This document shows, in pieces, positions 1 through 10,862 of a stretch of 52,316 bases of DNA. Made by a program: the position numbers and the translations under genes. The notes below the pieces were generated by a model. The model was not told where the DNA came from and did not search any database. It saw only the letters and a list, made by a program, of their open reading frames with translations. This DNA comes from Synechococcus sp. (GTDB taxonomy: Bacteria > Cyanobacteriota > Cyanobacteriia > Thermostichales > PCC-7336): NCBI GenBank assembly GCA_051439425.1, contig JBFRWD010000005.1, positions 1-52,316 of the forward strand, written 5' to 3'. How positions within the stretch are numbered: position 1 is the first letter of the stretch; each line of letters begins with the position of its first letter.

Positions 1-108
1 TCGGCAAAAAACTACCTTTTGCCTGGTTATGAGAGGCCAAAAATATGAGATCTTGAACTTTAGATTTCAGAAAATATTGCAACGTAATTTAGCGATCGCA
101 TTCACACG

Positions 109-1125
109 ATGTTTGGCTCATCCGATACCACCGTGAAGGAACCCCATTCCTCTACCTACTGGACTTTGGGAATGGCAGTGTTAGCCGTTTCGTGCGCACC
201 TATTTTTATTCGCCTCAGCGAAACAGAACTCGGCCCCAACGGTGCTGTGTTAAATCGTATGGTGGTGTTTTTTGCGGTGTTTGGCTGTGGCCGCCTGCTG
301 AGTCGGCGACCGCCGATAGAGACTGCCCCTGTTAGCACTGGCCAAGCATCCGAGCTGACTCGTGAACAATTGCTGTTATTGCTGGGGACAGGGGCAATCT
401 CGATAGCGTCACTGGGGTTGTGGTCTGCGTCGTTGCAATACACCACTGTGGCGAAGAGCATGTTGCTCAATAACCTCACTCCCATATTTACGACGTTGGG
501 CAGTTGGTTGTTTTTCTCCAAGCGCTTTGACCGGCAATTTTTGCTGGGAGTGGCGATCGCGCTCGCAGGAGCGATCGGTATTGGCATAGAAGATCTGCAC
601 AGTGCTGATGGCTTGCTGATTGGTGATATGTACGCCCTACTTTCTGCCGTTTTTTTGAGTGCCTATTTGCTGCTGCTCGAACGGCTCAGGTGCTGGTTTT
701 CTGCCACCACCATTGTGTTGTGGCGGTGTGGTGTTGGTAGCGTGCTGCTAGTTCCCTTAGTGTGGGTGACAGAAGGGCAACTGCTTCCTACCACCGATAT
801 TGCAATTGTTGCAGCCTTAGGGATGGGATTAGTCAGTGAGGGGTTGGGTCAGCGGCTGCTGGCAGACTGTATGGATCGGCTGTCTTCAAGCTTTGTGTCA
901 GTCGCAATGTTGCTGGAGCCAATTGTCAGTGCGTTGCTAGCATGGGCCTTATTTTCAGAAGCTGTAGGGCGATCGACATGGTTGGGATTTGCTGTTGTTC
1001 TAGGTGGCATTTACCTGGCGCAGGCGAGCCGTTCAGCAGTCCGTTCGCTTCCGGATGTGACGAGCGTAGGCGTTGAGGAGACTCAGATACAACAACCAGA
1101 GCGGCAGCTAGAGACAGTTGCTTAA
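109..1125 (+). CDS. DMT/EamA-family drug-metabolite transporter
   Basis: About 10 hydrophobic segments in two EamA-like halves; motifs SCAPIFIR, YTTVAKSMLL..LTPIF, GDMYALLSA, LLEPIVSALLAW. Confidence 0.9.
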   Translation: MFGSSDTTVKEPHSSTYWTLGMAVLAVSCAPIFIRLSETELGPNGAVLNRMVVFFAVFGCGRLLSRRPPIETAPVSTGQASELTREQLLLLLGTGAISIASLGLWSASLQYTTVAKSMLLNNLTPIFTTLGSWLFFSKRFDRQFLLGVAIALAGAIGIGIEDLHSADGLLIGDMYALLSAVFLSAYLLLLERLRCWFSATTIVLWRCGVGSVLLVPLVWVTEGQLLPTTDIAIVAALGMGLVSEGLGQRLLADCMDRLSSSFVSVAMLLEPIVSALLAWALFSEAVGRSTWLGFAVVLGGIYLAQASRSAVRSLPDVTSVGVEETQIQQPERQLETVA

Positions 1126-1290
1126 CTGCGAGATGGCGATCGCCTGTTGACGGTAGTGATTTGTGTTGAGGGTGATAATTGGCTATCAACTTCAAAACGC
1201 CCCCTGTTTAGCTGAGAGCGTTTTCTACGGCTATGAACGTGTCAGACAGATCTGAATTTGGGAAATACCCCTCGTTCGCAACTGGATAAC

Positions 1291-2937
1291 TTATTCCCAC
1301 TCGATGGTGCCAGGTGGTTTCGACGTGATGTCGTATGTGACTCGATTAACACCATCTACTTCATTCACAATCCGGTTGGACATGGTTTCCAGCACTTCAT
1401 ATGGCAACCTCGACCAATCAGCCGTCATGCCATCCTCGCTGCTGACCACGCGGACGACAACGGGAAAAGCATAGGTGCGCTTATCTCCCATAACACCAAC
1501 CGAGCGAACGGTGGGCAGCAAGACTGCAAACGCTTGCCACACGTCGAAATACAATCCAGCCTGATTGATTTCTTCCCGCACGATCAAGTCAACATCACGT
1601 AGGATATTGAGCCGTTCTGCTGTTACTTCGCCGATGATACGAATTGCCAAACCAGGGCCTGGGAAGGGATGGCGCATGACAATCTCTTCCGGCAACCCCA
1701 GAGAGCGTCCTACCTGACGCACTTCATCCTTGAATAGCTTGCGCAGGGGTTCAACTAACTTAAAGCGCAAGTCTTTCGGCAAGCCACCCACGTTGTGGTG
1801 GCTTTTAATTTTGACCGCTACACGTTCGCCTGTTTTGGGATCGATGTTGGTGTTGGCGGACTCGATGACATCGGGGTAAAGCGTACCCTGAGCCAAATAG
1901 TCGAAGGGGCCCAGGCGCTTGGATTCCACCTCGAATGTCTTAATGAATTCGGCCCCGATGATTTTGCGCTTGCGTTCGGGGTCAGTGATTCCCTCTAATT
2001 TGGAAATGAATTGCTTGCGTGCTTTCACAAACTCTACAGGAATGTGGAATTTGTTTTCGAACAGTTCAACCAGACGTTCGGGTTCTCCTTTGCGCATGAA
2101 CCCTTGGTCGATAAAGACGCACGTCAGGTTGTCGCCGATTGCTTTGTGGAGCAAAAATGCCAGTGTAGAGCTGTCTACACCACCAGAGAGCGCGAGCAAC
2201 ACTCGCTTGTCTCCTACCTTCGCGCGCACTTCCCGCACGGCCTCATCCACAAAGGCTTCCACCGTCCAAGTGGGGTCGCACTTGCAAATGTGATAGACAA
2301 AGTTGCAAATCAGGGCTTGGCCGTCAACTGAATGTACGACTTCGGGGTGGAACTGAACCCCATAGAGATGGCGCTGGCAGTCGGCGATCGCTGCGTGAGC
2401 CGTATTCTGGGTTTTTGCCAAGACTTCAAATCCGTTTGGCATACGGGTGACCGAATCGCCGTGGCTCATCCACATGATGCCGCCATCTTCAACGTTCGTC
2501 AGCAAATCAGTCGGGTCGATTATCGATAGCTCGGCTCGACCGTACTCAGGTTTTTCCGCCGGTTCGACTCTGCCCCCTAGTGACTGAACCATGAGTTGCA
2601 TACCGTAGCAGACGCCCAAGATGGGAATCCCTAGCTCCCAAATTCCAGGATCGCAAAGGGGGGGATGAGGATCGTAAACAGAGTTGGGGCCGCCAGAGAG
2701 AATGATGCCGCGGGGCTTGAGCTTGGCCAATTGTTCTGCCGAGGTACTGTAGGACAGAACTTCTGAATAAACCTTTGTTTCCCGGATACGGCGGGCAATA
2801 AGTTCTGAATATTGCGACCCAAAATCTAAGATGACAATCATCTGGCGATCGCCAATCGAAGTAGAAGATGCAGATTCAAGTGCAGCAGTGTCAGTTTGAG
2901 TGTCCAAGTTGGGTTGGGCTACAGTTGGAGCGGTCAC
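1291..2937 (-). CDS. guaA: GMP synthase (glutamine-hydrolysing)
   Basis: [24 protein letters not shown] (GATase), LSGGVDS (ATP-PPase), [11 protein letters not shown] and C-terminal KPPGTIEWE. Confidence 0.99.
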   Translation of the reverse strand: MTAPTVAQPNLDTQTDTAALESASSTSIGDRQMIVILDFGSQYSELIARRIRETKVYSEVLSYSTSAEQLAKLKPRGIILSGGPNSVYDPHPPLCDPGIWELGIPILGVCYGMQLMVQSLGGRVEPAEKPEYGRAELSIIDPTDLLTNVEDGGIMWMSHGDSVTRMPNGFEVLAKTQNTAHAAIADCQRHLYGVQFHPEVVHSVDGQALICNFVYHICKCDPTWTVEAFVDEAVREVRAKVGDKRVLLALSGGVDSSTLAFLLHKAIGDNLTCVFIDQGFMRKGEPERLVELFENKFHIPVEFVKARKQFISKLEGITDPERKRKIIGAEFIKTFEVESKRLGPFDYLAQGTLYPDVIESANTNIDPKTGERVAVKIKSHHNVGGLPKDLRFKLVEPLRKLFKDEVRQVGRSLGLPEEIVMRHPFPGPGLAIRIIGEVTAERLNILRDVDLIVREEINQAGLYFDVWQAFAVLLPTVRSVGVMGDKRTYAFPVVVRVVSSEDGMTADWSRLPYEVLETMSNRIVNEVDGVNRVTYDITSKPPGTIEWE

Positions 2938-3909
2938 GGCGAGTCCCTCTTGAAATAAACCCTGCGACTAGCTGCGAAGTGAAGTGAATGGGGTGCGGGA
3001 ACAGCTAATTTGAGCATCACAGTATTCAGGCCATACTAGCATTTAGAATCGCTTCTCACACCTGCTGGTATGGGGCTGTGTTGTAGTAGACACAACGGAT
3101 GCAAGCCTCGGTCTCCAGAGTTACTATCTTTCCCATTGGTTTCAGCTCGGTCTTGCAGAACGTTCCCAGAACTCAGCGATCGGAGAGGAATGGTTTGTGC
3201 GCAGCTTGGGCTTGCTGCTGGGGATGTGAAGCATTAAAGAATTTGTTGATTCTTCGACTGAGATAGGTCGTTGTCATTTCTCACGTCACCCACTAGGCCA
3301 GAATATTGAATGAATATTAAAAAAACACTTGCTTTGGGGTGAGTTTGTTGACGGCCAAGCTCATGAGCTTGGCGAAGTCACTTAATGTCCAAGGGACTTC
3401 TCGCGGGCATTTTAAACCTGCTGGTGCAGGATTTTTTTAGTTATTGCAGTGTAGACGTAGCCTGCCGATCTTGCTCCTCGGCATAAGACTGGGTAAAAAG
3501 AGAGCAGAATGCACTACATCTAGTGTTTACCCCGGTTTGGATCAGATGCCGAATCGCTACTCCTATAGCGAGGAGTTTCTCAGCAAGGATATCCGCTCAG
3601 TACCGCAGGACCGATCGATGCGCCGTACTGCATCGTTAAAGGCGAGTTTCCAATCCTCCTCCACAACGTAATTGTTAGGACGGAGGTTTTGCGCAGTACC
3701 CGTAAAAATACGGAGTGTTACTTTTAATACCGTCTCAGTTGCTTGATATCGTTTCGCCAGTGAATAGCTGGCCGATCATTAGTCTCACTACGAGACTCGG
3801 GCGCATTGCATATCCCGTTTCCACCGATGTTCCTAATGTTGTTGGGCATTGTTGTAGGAAGCCGAAGCGGATTTAAATTAGTCGTTGATTCTCAGGGGAA
3901 TCGATTGGT

Positions 3910-4071
3910 ATGGAGTTTGCTCAAATTAAGAATGTAGTCCGATATGCACTCGGCTCGAAGAATTTAGGTCCTTCCGAGCAGGAGGCCATTGTTGCCGCTA
4001 TTCAGTCGGATGCGAATAAGCAGCGGGCAGCATTTTTGGTCGAGATGTTGAACCTTAAGGCTGTTCATTAA
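3910..4071 (+). CDS. Small hypothetical protein, 53 aa (below ORF-track cutoff)
   Basis: ATG at 3910, TAA at 4069-4071: MEFAQIKNVVRYALGSKNLGPSEQEAIVAAIQSDANKQRAAFLVEMLNLKAVH; AGGGGA about 10 nt upstream; terminator hairpin downstream. Confidence 0.6.
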   Translation: MEFAQIKNVVRYALGSKNLGPSEQEAIVAAIQSDANKQRAAFLVEMLNLKAVH

Positions 4072-4136
4072 TCAGTAGTTTCAAATTCGATCGGTGTGAC
4101 AGCCGAGTGAATTTGCTGCTTTGCTTTTCGAGTCAG

Positions 4137-4178
4137 CGTCGCTAGAGTTAATCCCTCTAGCGACGTTTGCTTGTTTTT
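4137..4178 (+). terminator. Intrinsic terminator hairpin between the small ORF and the convergent thiS
   Basis: CGTCGCTAGAG-TTAATCC-CTCTAGCGACG, a perfect 11-bp stem followed by TTTGCTTGTTTTT. Confidence 0.75.
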
Positions 4179-4207
4179 GGGTCAGATCTGGTGGAGCTGG
4201 TAGAGGA

Positions 4208-4414
4208 TTAGCCTCCTCCAACCATGGTGACAATTTCTAGTCGATCGCCTTCTCCCATCACCGTGTTGTCCCAACTTTGGCGATGCAGAATTTCGCCGTT
4301 GTACTCCACTGCCACCATCCTGGGTTCGAGCTTGAGGTGGACTAGCAATTGCCGCATCGTCAGGTGGAGGGGCACCTGTTGAGATTCGCCATTCACGAAT
4401 AAATTCACACCCAT
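4208..4414 (-). CDS. thiS: Sulfur carrier protein ThiS
   Basis: VNGE..., VAVEYNGEIL, GDRLEIVTMVGGG C-terminus; directly downstream of thiE; start placed at the internal ATG 4414 (track gives 4471). Confidence 0.95.
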   Translation of the reverse strand: MGVNLFVNGESQQVPLHLTMRQLLVHLKLEPRMVAVEYNGEILHRQSWDNTVMGEGDRLEIVTMVGGG

Positions 4415-4484
4415 GATATTCACGCTGGCTTGATTCAATCTGAACAAATGATTGCTTGCGTATTCCATCATTCAACGTAGTTGG

Positions 4485-5594
4485 TTATTTCGCTGCAAGT
4501 GGTTGGCCTTCTTTAAGGATGCTTAGCATTTCTTGAGCAGCCTTAGTGGGGTTTTCGGCCGACATTAGCGATCGCACTACCGAGACTTGAGTGGCACCTG
4601 TGGCTACGACTTCTGGCAATGTTTGAGCGTTAATGCCACCAATCGCAAACCAGGGCACAGTTGACTTCTGGATGGCTAACTGGACATACTCCAACCCTGC
4701 CGGAGCTTTTCCAGCTTTGGTTGGGGTGGCATATACCGGGCCGACTCCGATGTAATCGGCCGATGTCTGCAAGGCCCGCTCCATTTCGTCCCAATTTGTG
4801 GTGGATTGGCCAATGAGCCGTTGCGGGCCAAGCATTTCTCGGGCGGTTTCCACCGGCATATCTGTTTGCCCCAGATGCACCCCATCGGCCCCAATATCGA
4901 GAGCGATATCCACGCGATCGTTCACTATGGTGATAGCACCGTAGCGATCGCACACGTCCTTCAGTGCAGCAGCCTCTGCCCGCATTGTGCGATAGTCGCC
5001 CGTCTTATTGCGATATTGCACCAACTGGACTCCCCCCCGTAATGATGCCTCGACGGCCTCTAACCAATTGGGGGTTGGGGATGTAATTAGGTACAGCTGT
5101 GCCTGCTTGAGGCGATCGCGTAGTTGGTCCGCCATAGTCATGCTCTCCAAGGCATAGGTTCTGTAGCGCATATGCTTGCAACTGGCTGCCATTGCTGGAG
5201 CATCCAGTTTGGAGTACTCCTCTAACACCCGCAATGCTTCTTGCACTCGGCTGAAATTGGCCAGCAACAGAGCGGTGAGGCTATCCCGACGGGCTTCTCG
5301 TTCGTGGTGAAGTTGCGTTCCTGGATCGCTTGGGGTGTCGCGAGCTGCACGATAGCGAGGACTATGCCATTTAGCTAATGTCTGCCGCATGTCTTTGCAT
5401 TCCGCTGCGACTGACATATTTTCTGCGGAGAAGCGAAACCAGTCTTCAATCACTCGTAAGCCTTCTCGTGCCCGATCGAGGTTGGCATCGAGGATTCTGG
5501 CAATGGCCGTCGGCACGGCCGTATCCTTGATGCCCGCGTTGTTAACGGGGTTAGCAGCGGCAGATTGGGACATAAATTCGACAGACAAAGACAT
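4485..5594 (-). CDS. thiE: Thiamine-phosphate synthase, cyanobacterial form with N-terminal ThiD2 domain
   Basis: [19 protein letters not shown] (ThiD2), [32 protein letters not shown]. Confidence 0.97.
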   Translation of the reverse strand: MSLSVEFMSQSAAANPVNNAGIKDTAVPTAIARILDANLDRAREGLRVIEDWFRFSAENMSVAAECKDMRQTLAKWHSPRYRAARDTPSDPGTQLHHEREARRDSLTALLLANFSRVQEALRVLEEYSKLDAPAMAASCKHMRYRTYALESMTMADQLRDRLKQAQLYLITSPTPNWLEAVEASLRGGVQLVQYRNKTGDYRTMRAEAAALKDVCDRYGAITIVNDRVDIALDIGADGVHLGQTDMPVETAREMLGPQRLIGQSTTNWDEMERALQTSADYIGVGPVYATPTKAGKAPAGLEYVQLAIQKSTVPWFAIGGINAQTLPEVVATGATQVSVVRSLMSAENPTKAAQEMLSILKEGQPLAAK

Positions 5595-5984
5595 GCTCGC
5601 AATTAAGGCGTTAATATCCTAGCCTCCATTCGACTACCCATCAGAGAATTTGCCTCCATTCTGCATATAGCGTGTGGCTATCTCTACAGGACTTACTCAC
5701 CAATCTCTTTACACTGCCTATAAACAGAGATATTGGCTACTTATTGCGAGCGTATTCGATAAAGGTAAGGGATACTAGATGTAGTGTTCTTTGATGTAGA
5801 CTGCTGGTTTGTGTTGGCAGCAGGTCTGTGACGGAGTGGCTCCGCTTGATATGGGTACTGTTTTGCGTCAGATGGCATTTCTGCGCGTGTGATTATGCTG
5901 CGAGGGAATGTATTGTCGCGAGGCCAAGAGTACGGGCGAGTTGAGCCGAGTGAATCATGATGGGCGAATTCTGGAGGTGACCTA

Positions 5985-7703
5985 GTGGGGATTAAGCAGC
6001 ATTGGACAGGATGGGGACAGAAACTGTCGGCGGTTGCTCTTAGCTCGGCCACGGTTGGTTCAGCTGCGGTTGGACTATGGCTGGCTGGGTTGACAGGATA
6101 TCCCGCATCCGTCCGGGCTCAGGTTCCGGTGAGCCCCAATCCAGCTTCGTCGCCTACAAATGTGCGAACCCTATATGTCAATCCGACTGTAGGTAATGAC
6201 GGCGGTACTGGCAGTGCTGATGCCCCACTTCGTAGCATCACGGCAGCATTACGTCAGGCATCTACCGGAACGGTTATTCAGCTATCTCCAGGCACCTACA
6301 GCAGCGATACGGGAGAAGTGTTTCCCCTGCGACTTCCCTCCGGGGTTGTGCTGCGGGGGGATGAGAGTATCTATGGTGCGGGGTATGACATCGTGGGAGG
6401 GGGGGATTTTATTAGCCCTACTATGGCCCGCCAGAGCATAACTATCCTGCCGCAGGATGGTGCTGAAATTCGCGGTATCTCGGTGCGCAATGAAGGGCGG
6501 CGAGGGTATGCCGTTTGGACGGAATCGACGTCACCGATTGTCGAGCACAATACGTTCACCGGCAGCGTTCACGATGGAGTCTTTCTGGCGGGAGCATCTG
6601 CGGCAACGATTTCTGGTAACCGGTTTTATCGCAACGGGGCCAATGGAATTTCTGTATTGGGTACGTCTACCCCCACCATTGTTGGCAATCTGATTCAAGA
6701 GACGGGATACGGTATCGCGATCGGGCAAAATTCTCGGCCCGTAGTCGCCCACAATCGCATTTCTCGCAATCGGAGTGGCTTAGTGATTACCGGTCGATCG
6801 CAGCCTGTGTTGCGCAACAATGTCATTACCGAAAATCTAGAAGATGGATTGGTGGCGATCGCCGAGTCTCTACCCAACCTTGGCGCTTCTGATGAGGTGG
6901 GAGGAAATTATTTCGAGAGCAATGGCAGCTACAACATTCACAATGCTACGCGAGGCAACATCATTCCAGCCCACGGCAATCACTTGGGGGATATCAGCAA
7001 ACTGCAGGGAGAAGTTGCTTTCCGCTCTGCCAATGCTGACGGTGTAGATGTTGCTACCGTTCCTAGTTTGTTCGACCAACAGCAAACGATACCCACAAAT
7101 TCCGGAGCGGCTCGGGCTTCCACGGTTGGTAATTCAGCACCTCCTCCCGCTTCGACAGCATCACCAGCTGTTTCAGATACCGAAGACTTTCGTCCCGTTC
7201 CGTTCGTCTCCCCCGTCACCGAATCTCATGGCGGAGATACGAATTCCAGCGGACCGGCAGGAGGGGTTAGTTCTATTCCTGCTCGTTCTGCACCGACCTC
7301 GCCTGCCTCTTCTGCCGGTATGCGCCCAGGGACCGTATCGTCAGAGTCTGCCTTCGCTGGTCGCTATTCTGGCGATAGCTCATTCAGCAATGGTTCACTT
7401 AATATCGAATCGTTGCCTGTTAGTGTTGCACCGGTACCGATTGCCAATACCAACGACATTGTTTCGGCAGCTAGGCGCTATCCAGCTCGGTACCGGGTAT
7501 TGATAACCCCTCAATCTGGCGACACTATTGAAGCTGTCCGGGCGGTAGCCCCCACTGCTACTCCAGCGCAGTTGGCCGGACGGGAAGTCTACTTGGTGGG
7601 TCACTATTCCACCCATTCGGAAGCTCAGACTGTGTTGCAGCAACTGACGCAGGAGGGGTATTTGGCCACGGCTGAAGCGATCGAACGTGAAGTAGATTCT
7701 TGA
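5985..7703 (+). CDS. DUF1565 / right-handed beta-helix protein with C-terminal SPOR-like domain, probably exported
   Basis: Signal-like N-terminus; LYVNP..GND..G...PLRSITAAL..A..GTVIQLSPGTYS..TGEVFPL; parallel beta-helix repeats; Ser/Pro linker; C-terminal VGHYSTHSEAQTVLQQLTQEGY. Confidence 0.8.
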   Translation: MGIKQHWTGWGQKLSAVALSSATVGSAAVGLWLAGLTGYPASVRAQVPVSPNPASSPTNVRTLYVNPTVGNDGGTGSADAPLRSITAALRQASTGTVIQLSPGTYSSDTGEVFPLRLPSGVVLRGDESIYGAGYDIVGGGDFISPTMARQSITILPQDGAEIRGISVRNEGRRGYAVWTESTSPIVEHNTFTGSVHDGVFLAGASAATISGNRFYRNGANGISVLGTSTPTIVGNLIQETGYGIAIGQNSRPVVAHNRISRNRSGLVITGRSQPVLRNNVITENLEDGLVAIAESLPNLGASDEVGGNYFESNGSYNIHNATRGNIIPAHGNHLGDISKLQGEVAFRSANADGVDVATVPSLFDQQQTIPTNSGAARASTVGNSAPPPASTASPAVSDTEDFRPVPFVSPVTESHGGDTNSSGPAGGVSSIPARSAPTSPASSAGMRPGTVSSESAFAGRYSGDSSFSNGSLNIESLPVSVAPVPIANTNDIVSAARRYPARYRVLITPQSGDTIEAVRAVAPTATPAQLAGREVYLVGHYSTHSEAQTVLQQLTQEGYLATAEAIEREVDS

Positions 7704-7740
7704 ATGGACTACGCTGAACAAACTCGATCGTACTTCGCTA

Positions 7741-8688
7741 ATGAGTCTAGACCGCCGTCCCTCTAACCCCGCTCTGTCGGCCCATTTGCTGCGGGAGGGA
7801 ATTCCCGAGTCCGTCCATCACGCCCGAGCGGTTGTGGCTGATGCGAAAGGGAGGATGTTGATGACAGCGGGGGATAGCTCGTTGCCGACCTTCATCCGCT
7901 CTTCCTTTAAGCCATTTCAGGCACTGGCTGCATTGTCCTCTGGTGCCTGCGAACGGTTTGACTTAACCGATCCCGATATTGCCATCATGTGTGGCTCCCA
8001 TCGAGGGGAAATGGTGCACGTGCGTCAGGTGTTTTCGATGCTGTGGCGGGCGGACTTAGAATCCGAAAATCTGATGTGTCCCTGTCCTGCTGGCAAGCGG
8101 GGGCCGCTATTCCACAACTGTTCCGGCAAACATGCAGGATTTTTGATGGCTAGCCGCATACAGGGGTGGAGCTTTCAAGACTATCTCGATCGTAATCATC
8201 CCGTGCAGGTACTCGTCCGCTCTCACCTGACCGATTTGCTCAAAATGCCTGCCGATGAATTGTTGCTAGCCCGTGACGATTGCGGTGCTCCGACCTATCA
8301 GCTCGAACTGGGACAGATGGCGACGCTGTACGCTCAGCTATCTGCAGGCGAACGCCTCGATCTCGAACGGGTGGCTCGGGCTATGACCCACGCCCCTGAC
8401 ATGGTGGCAGGTTCCGGTTATTTTGACACCGAGTTGATGAAAGCGGCTGACGGCAAGTTGGTGAGCAAGTCGGGGGCCGAGGGGGTTCAGTGCATTGCCT
8501 ATTTGGGAGAGGGGGTGGGATTGGCGGTAAAGGTGGATGATGGTAGCGGCCGAGCCAAGTACGCGATCGCCCTGCATTTGCTCCGTAATCTAGGCTGGCT
8601 CTCTCCAGATGCTGCCGATAGTTTGGTCGAGAGATTTTGCCAAGTAGGGCCGTACACTCGCCTGCAGGTGGAGGGTGAAGTTCGCTGA
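7741..8688 (+). CDS. L-asparaginase II family protein
   Basis: RSSFKPFQA, CGSHRGE..H, HNCSGKHAG, DDCGAP, KSGAEG motifs. Confidence 0.92.
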   Translation: MSLDRRPSNPALSAHLLREGIPESVHHARAVVADAKGRMLMTAGDSSLPTFIRSSFKPFQALAALSSGACERFDLTDPDIAIMCGSHRGEMVHVRQVFSMLWRADLESENLMCPCPAGKRGPLFHNCSGKHAGFLMASRIQGWSFQDYLDRNHPVQVLVRSHLTDLLKMPADELLLARDDCGAPTYQLELGQMATLYAQLSAGERLDLERVARAMTHAPDMVAGSGYFDTELMKAADGKLVSKSGAEGVQCIAYLGEGVGLAVKVDDGSGRAKYAIALHLLRNLGWLSPDAADSLVERFCQVGPYTRLQVEGEVR

Positions 8689-8699
8689 CCGACGTGATG

Positions 8700-8802
8700 T
8701 AGCAATCCGCTATAAGGTCTGGAGGGTTGAAACTGGGAAAATGCTCGATTTTCAAGGAAAAGTAGTCAGCTAAGTCTCCATAGCGGATTGCGGATCGTTA
8801 TA
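8700..8802 (+). mobile_element. ~100-bp MITE/REP-like dispersed repeat, copy 1
   Basis: TAGCAATCCGCTATAAGGTCTGGAG...CCATAGCGGATTGCGGATCGTTATA; internal inverted repeat; homologous copies at 18954, 34399 and 38682. Confidence 0.75.
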
Positions 8803-8893
8803 GGTAAGCAAGCCATGCCAAGACTCCGCGATGTTCATGTGTTGAACAACTCGGGGGATGGGATTGTTGGTAACCGGATTGCTGTTTGCTTGA

Positions 8894-9565
8894 CTACTGA
8901 GGTTTGGCTTCCAAAATCCAGGAGAAATAGAACTGAGACTTAATGGTTTCTCGGCGATCGACCGTCCATCCCAGGGATTGCAAGCGCTCTAGAATTGCTT
9001 TTTCGCGATGCTGGTAAGCCCGAGTGGTCTTGCTAGGGCCGGGAAAGAATTCGCCTATCTTTTTCAGTACGCTCAGCAAGGGAGTTTTGGGGGCAAAGCT
9101 GAAAACTACACGATCTGTTGCCAATGTGGTTAGGTGTTGAACCATGTCCAGGGCTGCGTCTTCTGGGTAGTGAATCATCACATCCAAGCAAATGACTGTG
9201 TCGTAGCTACCGGCAATGTCTTCTAGATCGGAGGTGGAGAACTGAGGATTGTCGGTTTGTCCTAATTCTGCCTGCTGTCGCTCCCGCGCTTCTCCTACCA
9301 TTTTTTCAGAAATATCGCTGGCAATCACCGAAGCTCCCCGCTTAGCGAGGGGAATACTGAGACTGCCGACACCGCACCCAGCATCGCAGATGGTTTGACC
9401 GCTGAGGTCGTCCCCCAGCCAACCCAGCACGGCGTCGATCGTGCGGGCGTGTCCCTTACGGATATCTTTTTGGACGCGGTTAACCTCGGCCTCACCGTAA
9501 ATGCGCCGCCAACGATCGAACCCTAGAGTGTTGAAGTAGTCTCGAACAATAGCTTTTTCACTCAT
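8894..9565 (-). CDS. chlM: Magnesium-protoporphyrin IX methyltransferase
   Basis: YFN..GFDRWRRIYG, CDAGCGVGSLSIPLA, CLDVMIHYP, GEFFPGPSKTTRAY. Confidence 0.97.
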   Translation of the reverse strand: MSEKAIVRDYFNTLGFDRWRRIYGEAEVNRVQKDIRKGHARTIDAVLGWLGDDLSGQTICDAGCGVGSLSIPLAKRGASVIASDISEKMVGEARERQQAELGQTDNPQFSTSDLEDIAGSYDTVICLDVMIHYPEDAALDMVQHLTTLATDRVVFSFAPKTPLLSVLKKIGEFFPGPSKTTRAYQHREKAILERLQSLGWTVDRRETIKSQFYFSWILEAKPQ

Positions 9566-9925
9566 CGGTTGCGATATCCAGTGGTATGAAAGGTTTTGGT
9601 ATAAACGTGCTCGTATTGCCCAATGCGAAGGGAAGTTAAAGCACTGTCATACTATCAGCAAAGTTGGCTCTGGGCGGGGCTTTCATCCCGCAAATGCAAT
9701 CTCTCATTGAGGGCCGGAAGGGGTCGTTACGTTTGGCGCGATCGGGGACGACGGAGATCTCTCAATTCGGAAATACATAAGTTTGCCAATCCAATCCTTG
9801 GCCTCGAAGGCTTCTCAAGTTTCTGGAGGCTCATGACTGTAAGCTCGAGATATTGGACGAGTTTTTCACGGAGACTCGATTGAGCGATTGACCTACCGCC
9901 TGGGTGAATATGTTTGGGAAGATCG

Positions 9926-10474
9926 ATGTCTGAGAAAACCAAAATGTTGGCGGGAGAGTATTACAACGCATTCCACCCCGACTTGGTTCGAGAGCGATCT
10001 CAGGCAAAAACGCTGTGCCGACAATTCAACGATTGCCTCGACTCTTCCACAGAGGCTGGCTTGACCGTCCTCAGACAATTGATAGCTATCGGCGATCGCA
10101 GCTGGATTGAACCTCCGTTCCGGTGCGATTACGGCAGTAATATTGCGATCGGAGATAATTTTTTTGCGAATTTTGGTTGTGTAATTCTCGATTGCAATCG
10201 CGTCACGATTGGCAACAACGTCAAATTTGGGCCAAACGTTCACCTATACACCGCCACACACCCAGTCGATCCAGCGCTGCGACTGGAAGGCCTAGAAATG
10301 GCCTATCCAGTTACGATTGGCAGCAATGTTTGGATTGGGGGCAGTGGGATTGTTTTGGCGGGGGTCACCATTGGCGATAACGTCACGATTGGGGCTGGAA
10401 GCGTTGTGACCAAAGACATTCCCCCCAATGTGGTAGCTGTTGGTAGTCCTTGTCGTCCGATCCGAACAATTTGA
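9926..10474 (+). CDS. maa: Maltose/sugar O-acetyltransferase
   Basis: EKTKMLAGEYY, IEPPFRCDYGSNI, hexapeptide repeats, IGAGSVVTKDIP; ATG at 9926. Confidence 0.9.
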   Translation: MSEKTKMLAGEYYNAFHPDLVRERSQAKTLCRQFNDCLDSSTEAGLTVLRQLIAIGDRSWIEPPFRCDYGSNIAIGDNFFANFGCVILDCNRVTIGNNVKFGPNVHLYTATHPVDPALRLEGLEMAYPVTIGSNVWIGGSGIVLAGVTIGDNVTIGAGSVVTKDIPPNVVAVGSPCRPIRTI

Positions 10475-10862
10475 CTGGACTGGTTGTATCAATCAGTTCT
10501 ATTGGAAATTTCTATTGCTCAAAATCTGTTGTGATTGGCAATGCGAGCAAACGTTTTGAAAAACTAGGCTACGATTCAAGCAAGTTTTTGTTGCAGATTG
10601 GAGCTGTTTTCGAGACAGTCCTGGTTTGTAATAAACTCATGTAGTTTTCAGACTGATTTCAAACTAGACCGATGAGACAGTTCTGACCTAGCAATCTTTC
10701 AAGGTGGCACCTGCCCACTCATTTGTGTTGAATCTATGTCTGTGTCCGATCCTCTGCACGTGAAAATATAAGCAAAATATTAAGCTGTAAACTGACTCAT
10801 ATCTGCTGACGCTAGTTCTGTCTTCCGAATATTTCCTTCGACGCTGTCGATTGTTTGCGTGA

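Noticed and set aside
3050..3063. Yfr1 sRNA motif (CTTCTCACAC here and CTCTCACAC near 32370)
   Set aside because: Neither matches ACTCCTCACAC exactly, and the flanking two-hairpin layout is absent
5600..5980. TPP riboswitch upstream of thiE
   Set aside because: No CTGAGA / CCTGA...AGGGA core found on the minus strand
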